In this document: positions 26,456 to 35,485 of the stretch, piece after piece
Position numbering within the stretch: position 1 is the first letter of the stretch
Layout of the letters: each line of letters begins with the position of its first letter
Assembly: GCA_964016885.1 (NCBI GenBank)
Contig: OZ024743.1
Span: forward strand, 368,094,001-368,158,000
Source: Eledone cirrhosa
Lineage: Eukaryota
Length of the DNA: 64,000 nt
Direction: 5' to 3'
Notes under the pieces: generated by a model
What the model saw: only the letters and a program-made list of their open reading frames with translations
Told to the model about the DNA's origin: nothing
Database searches by the model: none
Translations under genes and position numbers: made by a program

Positions 26456-27203
26456 ATATGTTGACTAAATTTTGGACCATCTGCAACCTGCATAATACCG
26501 TCTGCATATTACCAACTTTGTGAAATAGCAACTGATGATGATGTGTCCAACTTACGCTATTCTTATGTAATTATCATCTGGTGCCTCTGAAATGTACATA
26601 AGGATCGTCTTTCAATAAAAGTATGGAAAAGTACAACCAAATTTTCATATTTATTTACACTATATATCAACACTGTTTAATATCTATTTTCCATGCTTTC
26701 ATGGGTTGGATAGGTTGTCTCGTGTTGAGGCTAGACTGGCCAGGTTACCATGTCCTGCCATGCACTCTGTTGTGGATTGGGTTCTATGGCTGGATGCCCT
26801 TCCTAATGCCAACCACTTCACAGCATCTACTGGGAGCATGGTTTCTATGGCTGTGTGCCATTTCTAATGCCAGCCATTTTAAACTGTCTACTGGGAGCAT
26901 TTTATCTTGTCTTCATTATTACTTTACAGGGTGAACTAGGAAGTATTAGAGCTGGTGCCAAGACGAAAAGCACCATATATGAGCTAAATTCTAACAGATA
27001 TTTTTTCCAATTCCAACCCGCCCGTCCCCTCAATCTATCTTATTTCTCATTCTTTCTTCTGATGAAAGACTAGCATCTGAAACATTAAGACCCTCTTCCT
27101 GCTATATCAAGCATTAACCTAATATATCCCTTCCATATACTGTACCAATTGTGTTGTTATTTCTGTTTCCCTTTTACATATATATATATATGTATATATA
27201 TAT

Positions 27204-27859
27204 AAAGATTTACATATACACAAACTAGACAAAGTCATAGATATGTTTTTGGCAACCATTCACGATGTGGCTCAATGATGAATTAATAAATTAAATAATC
27301 AGAGCAATATACTATAAAGTATGTCTATAGAATCATTTGATAATATATATATACACCATTTCCTCTCCCAATTAGCATAATCAACCACACAAAAAACCAA
27401 TTAAACCAGGCTATAAGATTAAAAGGCACCTATGAAGAAATAATAGATAAATAAACAACAGCAATTTATTCGCTATCAACAGCCATAGAATATTTACCCA
27501 GCATTTCAATAGCACGTGGAAATCGATTAAATATATCGTTAGGTATAACATTAAAGTTAGAAGAAAAAATGCATATACACATACCAGGATTACGTTTCTA
27601 CCCCTTAGGGTTTCGTTCGCTTTCGGAAATATCCTATCAAGGATAAATTCTCGAGCTTCGAACTCAAGAAACAAACTCACTTGGACAAAGACTTTTCTTA
27701 AATGATCGTGAATAGATGGCTGTCGTTTATTTATCTATTATTTCTTCATAGGTGCCTTTTAATCTTATAGCCTGGTTTAATTGGTTTTTTGTGTGGTTGA
27801 TTATGCTAATTGGGAGAGGAAATGGAGTATATATATCTTATCTATGGACATAATTTATA

Positions 27860-27863
<4 letters not shown>
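27204..27863 (-). mobile_element. Non-coding element with inverted arms and a decayed long-stem hammerhead, in (TA)n
   Basis: Inverted repeat ~27308-27483 / ~27708-27863. Minus-strand hammerhead scaffold at 27594-27672. (TA)n on both sides. Confidence 0.65.
27594..27672 (-). ncRNA. Decayed type I hammerhead motif (core truncated)
   Basis: Minus strand gtttc-ttga-gttcg...(tatcc ttgata ggata)...cgaac-GAAA-ccc taag ggg-TA-gaaac. Stems I, II and III pair well, but the CUGANGA box is reduced to UUGA. Confidence 0.55.
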
Positions 27864-27903
<40 letters not shown>

Positions 27904-28068
27904 TATTTACGTATCGAGAGAGAGAAAAAAAAAGGGGGGGGGAAGATAGGTGATACATATAGTTATTTGCCAAGTAGCGTATGTCAAAGGTGCTCGATAC
28001 TAGTGCCGGCAGTATTAAATATTCAAAGTGTTAATATTTAGTGGTCTAGAGAATTAGCAGAGCGTAAG

Positions 28069-29157
28069 CACGTGGGAAAGTAAGAAATCGGAGAATAGAC
28101 CGTTAAAACATGTTTATTTAAAACTGCACCTACGTACGTTTCGCCCAGTTGGGCTTCTCAAGCGCATAAATAATCAAAAGTGTTCCTTACATTGCTCGGA
28201 AAGAGTTTTGGAGGTTAAATCCACGTCAAGGTTCATTGCTCGCAAAAATAGCTTGTTTTGATTTTGCAGCAGGTCAAGGGAGGTAACTCTGGCCGGTGTT
28301 AGGGTAGTCTTTCCCGGACAAATTTTTTTATCCGCTACAAGATGAGGTTACAACCTTACCATTGTCGATACGCATGTAATCAACACTTATTTTGAGAGTT
28401 TTTTTTGCTGCATCTGTTTGTCTGAGTTGTTTGAGGCTGGGTCTGGTATGCAAGGATAGTTCCCTGGGTGTTCTTTTGCAGCGCCTGCCTTCTGGGGTGT
28501 TAAGACTTGTTGCAGGGAGATCCGGTGCACAGTTTCACTCCTCATCCTTAACCCATCTGAAGAAGGATATTTTTAAGTGATGTGTACAACTTATCGCTGT
28601 TTCAGCACTGCTGTTGATGAGCTCGTGGGGTGCAGTTATGATGTGGTAGAGCTCCATGAGGCAAAGATCGCATTTCCTCTTGAAGTTGTACGGTTCAGCC
28701 CTGCCGACAATATTCCAGTGCGTGGAGAAGCTGATGTTTAAGTCCTTTAGTGATGTGATGTAGTCCGCGAGCGAAGTGGAGTGTCTTAGTTTTTTATTTG
28801 TGAAAGAGTGGAGATGTGTTTGAAACCTAATTTTGAACGGGCTGGAGGTAGCCCCTATATAATGTTTAACGCTATTGTGGCTAGTTATAGTGCATTTATA
28901 TATAACCCTATCAGTCAGGCAGCGTCCTCTGTCGCGGCAGTTGCAATTTCTGTCGCGGTTCCGTCTATTTCCCACAGTAAGGCCATCATTGTTGCTGCCT
29001 ACGTTGTTACCCACGCTACTGCAGCTGTTGTTAGCACCATTACAACCCACAGCACGCGGGGTGGTGCGATTGTTATTCCGCACGTCATGTCCTGCATGTT
29101 CGCCAGTCATTTCGCGGTTATGCTGGTTGCGTCTGCGGATGCCGTTGCCAACACTAT
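28069..29157 (-). mobile_element. Inverted copy of the 3' end of the Penelope-like element (GIY-YIG + 3' UTR)
   Basis: Reverse complement of 31035-32126 with scattered substitutions and small indels. Encodes VIYKC...HYIGATS..FKIRFQTH. Confidence 0.92.
28125..28166 (-). ncRNA. Minimal hammerhead motif (U3-A8 variant) in the inverted Penelope arm
   Basis: Minus strand tgcgc-TTGAGAA-gccc aact gggc-GAAA-cgtacg-TA-ggtgca. Confidence 0.7.
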
Positions 29158-32126
29158 CCTTACTGGACTCCTTTGAAGAGGATCTACTGAAAATGATCAA
29201 AAACGTTATGTTCAGAAAGAAACACCAATGCAGCAATCCATTCTTAACGTCCCTTGATACACTAATTACTAAGATCAAGAATGACCCGCACCTCTTCGTC
29301 ACCTCCGACAAAACCAAAAAGCTGTACAAGATGGACGCGAGTAAGTATAAAAAATTCATCTATAAGGAACTACACAAAGACTACAAAAAGACACCCTCTA
29401 GTACCCTAAATGACATAGAGTAGGGAAGGATATAGTCACCAGCTTAGAAATAGAAAAGTACACTAACCCGTACGTCCCTCTGACGCCTAAATTCTCTCTT
29501 AAGGATCACAAATATGACTTTAATGAAAGCCCCTCTATTAGACTAATATGCCCCTCTACATCAGATATAGGTAAGATTGTAAAGTGATCCTCGACAGAGT
29601 ACTACTGGAGCTTAATAGAAAGGCTAAGGTCTGCTTCTGGGGCAACACCGACCAGGTCATAAATTGGTTCACCGAGTTGCCGGATAAAGCCACCCTGAAG
29701 TTCATCCAGTTTGACATAGATAGTTACTATGCCTCTATCTCCCTCATACTCTTAAATAAGGCACTTATCTTAGCTAATTCTAACACTAGCCTCACTAGAA
29801 AAGAAATTGACATAGTTTTAGCGGCGCATAGAACCATTATCCAGTTCGAAGGCTCCCAGTGGACCAGAACCAACCGTCCTGATAACTTCGATGTCACGAT
29901 GGAGTCCAGTGACTCAGTGCAAGCAACTGACCTGGTCGGGATATATCTCCTACATAAGCTTAGGGAGGAGATACCGGCCCTACAAGGTGTATATAGGGAC
30001 GACACCCTGTTTACCGTTAGGAACAATAGCCCCCGTAGGATAGAGAACCTTAACAAACATATACACAGGTTCTTCAAGTCATACGGCCTATCCGTAACTA
30101 TGGACCTCAACCACAAGGTTGTCAACTTCCTGGACGTGACCCTAGAGTTAAGTACGGGCTTATACAAGCCATACCATAAGCCTGGAGAGTGCCTCTCTTA
30201 TATTAATTATGCCTCCAACCACCCTAAGCAGACTCTCAACTCCATAGTCTATAGTATCTCACATAGAATCTCGAGACTCTCCGCCAATGAGGATATCTTC
30301 AACCAAGCGGCAGATTACTACAATAGGGCCTTGATAAGCGCCGGCTTTAACTGAGGAATTTCCTACATCCCTAACACTAGCTCTAGAAACCACCCCCCTC
30401 ATAAAACGAACATTATAGTAAGCCATACCTATAACCGATCATGCGGCGACCTCATTGAAGTCGGATATAATAGAATAGATAACCGCACTAAAGATCACGA
30501 CCCCGGCGACGGTGACCACTGTAGATTACTCGAACTATTCCCCTATTACAAAACCAACAAAGGCGACGGATTACTACCAACGCCTTCCAACCAACATCTT
30601 CCTGTACATAAACATGGAAGAGGTAGAAAGAGTGCACCCGAGCATAAAGTGAAAGGGGCACCGAACGGGCGACTGCGCACTAACACACATAAGAGCGGTC
30701 ACTTAGATGGAACCACCCGTAGCAAACGTACAAGGACACGTAATCGCCACCGTAACGTCCTATGGTTCCACCCCCCCCTACTCTCGGAGTGTGGCCTCCA
30801 ACATACCCCGGTTGTTCTTCGAAGCCTTAGAGAAGAACTTCCCGCCCAACCATAGGTATAGAAAAATTATTAATAGGAACAATATAAAAATATCCTTCTC
30901 TACTGCTCCTAACCTAGCAGACATCATAGGAACAACGAACCACAGTAAGATCACCAAGACACAGCACCTCGACTCAGACACACCTACACCTGACAATAAC
31001 TATATAGGCCTTAACAACTCCCTGGCAGCATCCAATAGTGTTGGCAACGGCATCCACAGGCGCAACCAGCATAACCGCGAAATGACTGGCGAACATGCAG
31101 GACATGACGTGCGGAATAACAATCGCACCACCCCGCGTGCTGTGGGTTGTAATGGTTCTAACGACAGCTGCGGTAGTGTGGGTAACAACGTAGGCAGCAA
31201 CAATGATGGCTTTACCGTGGGAAATAGATGGAACTGCAACAGAAATTGCAACTGCCGCGACAGAGGATGCTGCCCCCTTAGAGGATACTGATTGACTGAT
31301 AGGGTTATATATAGATGCACTATAACTAGCCACAATTGCGTTAAACATTATATAGGGGCTACCTCCGGAACGTTCAAAATTAGGTTTTGAACACATCTCC
31401 ACTCTTTCACAAATAAAAAACTAAGACACTCCACTTCGCTCACGGACTACATCACATCACTAAAGGACTTAAACATCAGCTTCTCCACGCACTGGAATAT
31501 TGTCGGCAGGGCTGCACCGTACAACTTCAAGAGGAAATGCGATCTTTGCCTCATGGAGCTCTACCACATCATAACTGCACCCCACGATCTCATCAACAGC
31601 AGAGCTGAAACAGCGATAAGTTGTACACATCGCTTAAAAATATCCTTCTTCAGATGGGTTAAAGATGAGGAGTGAAACTGTGCACCGGATCTCCCTGCAA
31701 CAAGTCTTAACACCCCTGCGGGCAGGCGCTGCAAAAGAACACCCAGGGAACTATCCTTACATACCAGACCCAGCCTCAAACGACTCAGACAAACAGATGC
31801 AGCAAAAAAAACTCTCAAAATAAGCGTTGATTACATGCGTATCGACAATGGTAAGGTTGTAACCTCATCTTGTAGCGGATAAAAAAATTTGTCCGGGAAA
31901 GACTGCCCTAACACCGGCCAGAGTTACCTCCCTTGACCTGCTGCAAAATCAAAACAAGCTATTTTTGCGAGCAATGAACCTTGACGTGGATTTAACCCCT
32001 AGAACTCTTTCCGAGCAATGTAAGGAACACTTTTGATTATTTATGCCCTTGAGAAGCCCAACTGGGCGAAACGTACGTAGGTGCTGTTTTAACGGTCTAT
32101 TCGCCGATTTCTTACATTCCCACGTG
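29158..32126 (+). mobile_element. Penelope-like retroelement, 5'-truncated (RT + C-terminal GIY-YIG), pseudogenised
   Basis: SDKT motif, FIQFDIDSYY, YRDD, VNFLDVTL, YINYASNHP, WFHPP, CNCR..CPL and VIYRC...HYIGAT. Several stops (some CGA>TGA-like) and frameshifts. Confidence 0.93.
32045..32084 (+). ncRNA. Minimal hammerhead motif (U3-A8 variant) in the Penelope 3' UTR / pLTR
   Basis: gccc-TTGAGAA-gccc aact gggc-GAAA-cgtacg-TA-ggtgc. Palindromic stem III ACGTACGT, GUA triplet, imperfect stem I. Confidence 0.72.
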
Positions 32127-32361
32127 TGTATATATATATATATATATATATTTCGTTTCTGAATTTGTTTTGCAAGATTCTTTATCTGAAAACGTGTGTT
32201 GAAACCGATATTGTTATACTTTGGGAGGGTCATGTTGCTAATAAGAAACACACACACCAGTTGCTTTCACTTCAATTTATTATAATAAATTTATAAATTT
32301 AGGAATTTATAAATTTCCGGTTGGTTGGTTGGTTCCACAACCAGATGATTGTTTACATATT

Positions 32362-32404
32362 GTCAAAGTTCTTTTGTCACACATTCTGTGACCTCTTCAG
32401 TGAC
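32362..32404 (-). ncRNA. Degenerate minimal hammerhead motif
   Basis: Minus strand gtca-CTGAAGA-g gtcaca gaatg tgtgac-aaaa-gaac-TT-tgac. Stems I and II and the first box are intact; GAAA is mutated to AAAA. Confidence 0.5.
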
Positions 32405-32801
32405 TGGGGATTCTTTTCTTTATTTTTGTGCCTCTCCTTTGTTCTGTCCTACGCCATCTTGTTTTTGTGTGTGTTGTGTGCTTAGTTTGCGCATGTGTTA
32501 CATCCGGGTGTCTGTATGTGTTTATATTTGTTTATTTATTTGTTTATTTACATGTTACTGGTTGGTTGTTTGTTCTATGTGCGTGTGTGTTTTCATTTTG
32601 TTCTTAATTGTAAGTTGTGATGTTGCTGTTCCATTCATGTTTTCTATTTAATTTTGGTTGGAGTTTATTTATGTTTATTGCCTCTGATTTGTCTAAACAT
32701 TGCGTCTTTTCTGTGTGTAGATTCTATTTTTATGTTCTATTTTAGCATGTTGGTAGAGTACAGATGATTCTTTACTATCTTATATATATAATATAATGTA
32801 T

Positions 32802-33185
32802 GTGAAGGCGCATGGCTTAGTGGTTAGAGGAGTAGGCTTGCAATCGAAAGGTTGTGAGTTCATTTCTCGGACCGAGTGATGTGTTGTTTCCTTGAGCAAG
32901 ACACTTTATTTCACATTGTTCTAGTTTACTCAGCTGAAAATGAGTACCAGCAATAGCTGGAGATTTAACCCTGCGATGGACTGGCATCCTGTCCAGGGGT
33001 AGTCTTGTACTCCGTCGCTTCACGCCATGAAACCGGTATAAGCACCGGCCAAATGCGCCATCTGGCTTAAGACAGACTTTAGACTTACGGCCTGCCCGCT
33101 CAGCCAGTGGGATGGTGTCATCGTATGGCTAAAACAGCACGTACCGTGACCAGCGGCGCCTGACAGACTGGTCGGTCAAGGTGAT
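32802..33185 (+). mobile_element. tRNA-derived SINE family B, full length, alternative tail
   Basis: tRNA-like head ggcgcatggcttagtggttag...gtgagttc and a CORE-like segment ccttgagcaagacacttt. TSD atataatgtat at 32791-32801 and 33186-33196. Confidence 0.85.
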
Positions 33186-33489
33186 ATATAATGTATTTCT
33201 TCTGTTTCCTTGTATTAGATGATAATGGAGGTTTGTGGCTTAGTGGTTTGGATGTTGAACTCGCAATCAAATGGTTGTATGTTCTTTTCTCAAATTGGGT
33301 AGCACATTATGTTCTTGAAAAAGACACTTGATTTTGTGTTGTTTTTCATGATAGGACTGGGCCCATTATCATTAAAACATCCAATAAACCTTCAATATTA
33401 TTGCATCTCATAGGAGGCCAGCTAAGCCTGTATATGGGTGAGCTATGAATAATTATTTTTCTTTTTACATTTCATTTTTCTCTTTTTAG

Positions 33490-33680
33490 GTGCTTGGTCT
33501 GCTAGTACTCCTAATGGTGAGCAATTTTTGGCTATTGACCTTGGTAAACGTTGTATCATCACTGCTGTTGCAACTCAAGGAAGGCAAGGTACTGAAGAGT
33601 ATGTTTCGGAGTTTATGCTGGAAGTATCTAATGACAATAACACATGGCGGATGTATACAAATGAACTTGGTATTGATGAG
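33490..33680 (+). CDS. Nrx-IV: Neurexin IV/CNTNAP-like gene, exon A (F5/8 type C discoidin domain, central part)
   Basis: Acceptor tctttttag|, donor |gtaggt. Translates (G)AWSASTPNGEQFLAIDLGKRCIITAVATQGRQGTEEYVSEFMLEVSNDNNTWRMYTNELGIDE, with the discoidin motifs AW, IDLG and TAVATQG. Phase 1 to phase 0. Confidence 0.93.
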
Positions 33681-35295
33681 GTAGGTGATCAAAGAATAAT
33701 ACATTACTAATAACCATTCAACAGTAAATAGCTAGTTAAAATAGTTAGCATCCCTCACTTATAACATCTTCATCATCATTTAACATCCTGCTAGCAAGAG
33801 TTAGATGGGTCTTCACAGGATAAGTAAGCATATAATGTGGGTTACTGACCCTTCAGATGGGCTGAGGCCCAACATTTTGCTTACATACAATCCTGTGCTC
33901 TGAGTGCATTTTATCATGACACTAGCACCTTTGTTTGGTAAGCTTTCTATGTCTTGATGCCCTTCCTATCACCAATCACTTTACATGTATTGGGTATATT
34001 TATCATGTAGATCACCAACACTACAGAGGTTGTTATGTCTTTGACACAACTGAAGGTTCCTCCCAATCCTTTGTTTGGCAAGATTTGAATGAGGCAGTTT
34101 TCAGTGACAAAGAATATTGGAGACAGGATAAATTTGATAAGTTCTCCAGTTTCAATATGCTATCTACCTATAGTAGTCCACTATATTTCTTTGTGTAGAG
34201 AAAAGAAAGGAACGTCTTTGTTCATGAGGATGGAGGCGGTGTATATTGTAGAAGGCATAATGAACTTTGGAAATTTAAAACATTTTTTTCCTTTTTCAGA
34301 GTGAAAAGATTAAGTATCCACCATCACTCTCTTCTTAGTTCGTATCTTTTGCTAATGAATATTTTGTGTGCTAGCATGAGTGGTGGGGAACAGCTTTTAT
34401 GAAACTTGTTTCATGATTTTTGAAGTTATATTTTCTTCTAAAATTATACATCAAAATCTACCTTGCAGTTTTGTGCAACACATCTGGAATCAATTTAGTC
34501 TATACATGATAAATCTTAGAGTATTATACATCTCAAAACTGACTACCATATCGTTAAATGTTGCACATTAATCTGTAAAAAATTAAAATATCTGTAATTT
34601 CTTGTTTACAAATTACTGTTCAACCTATCACAAACAGTGTGATAAAGTGATTGACCAATCACAATAGCTGTATTATGTAGTTGATGATTGACATGTTTCT
34701 GTTTGCAAATAACTGTGTATGTGTAATAGTTTTTAAAATCAATAACTACAAATATTAATGAATATAAAATCTCATTTTTATTTCTCTATATACTTGATGT
34801 TTTCACTCAATTTAAGCTAATGTCTGAAATATTATTTAATGAGATAATGTTCACCTGTTTTTCCTTTTCATCTTGATAGCTTTAATGTCTTTGATAGAAA
34901 AATAATGAATATTTAATAATTTAAGTGGCCTCGTTGTGATTTTTAATCAATTAGCTTATTACTAATATTTATCATTTCAAAAAATCTGGTTTCGAAATAT
35001 CAAAATTAGTTTGCTGATTATTCTAGGGATTTGAAACAAATTTCACAACATTATAACCCTCTATTTCGTATTACTTTGAAATTTGTTGTGTGCCCATATA
35101 AATTGAGGTACACATAAGAATTGAAGGGCCAAGGTTTGTGCACTTCCTGATCCTATTGACTACAATATGAATCGTGTTACTGATTTTAATTGGATTGATT
35201 AAAGAAAGTAGAATTGTGTCAGCATTGAGGGCATACTTGTAAAAATGAATTTAACAAGTTATTGATTCTTCCAACTTTCTCCTACAAATATTAAA

Positions 35296-35485
35296 ATAAT
35301 TTTCAACTTTTGGCACAAGGCCAGCAATTATCCCAGTGCATTACTGGTGCTTCATTTTATCGACCCCTGTAAGGATGGAATGTAAAGTTAACCTATTCAG
35401 GATTTGAACTCAGATCATAAAGGGCTGTAACTCCATGCTGCAAAGCATGGCATCCAACCCTCTACCGATATTGCCAATCCACCGC
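35296..35485 (-). mobile_element. SINE family A
   Basis: Matches the family; TSD cctacaaatattaaa at 35281-35295 and 35486-35500. Confidence 0.85.

Noticed and set aside
31289-31291. In-frame TGA at an expected Cys (CPLRGY*L) of the Penelope zinc motif, suggesting selenocysteine as reported for some PLEs
   Set aside because: I could not fold a SECIS element in the 3' UTR. The copy has other ordinary stops and frameshifts, and the inverted arm has a deletion across this position and reads tgc ctg. A family consensus plus a SECIS search would settle it.
28808-31818. Paired ORFs MEMC.KPNF, MWLVIVH and MRVFFAASV on opposite strands
   Set aside because: They are antisense shadows of the Penelope inverted arms, not duplicated genes.
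32807-32880. tRNA-like sequences at SINE heads
   Set aside because: No complete cloverleaf, and they are contiguous with SINE bodies and TSDs; not tRNA genes.
33414-33437. Possible 24-nt phase-1 microexon (catag|...|gtgagc)
   Set aside because: It would need a 52-nt intron, the polypyrimidine tract is weak, and the peptide GGQLSLYM does not match the expected discoidin ARL motif.
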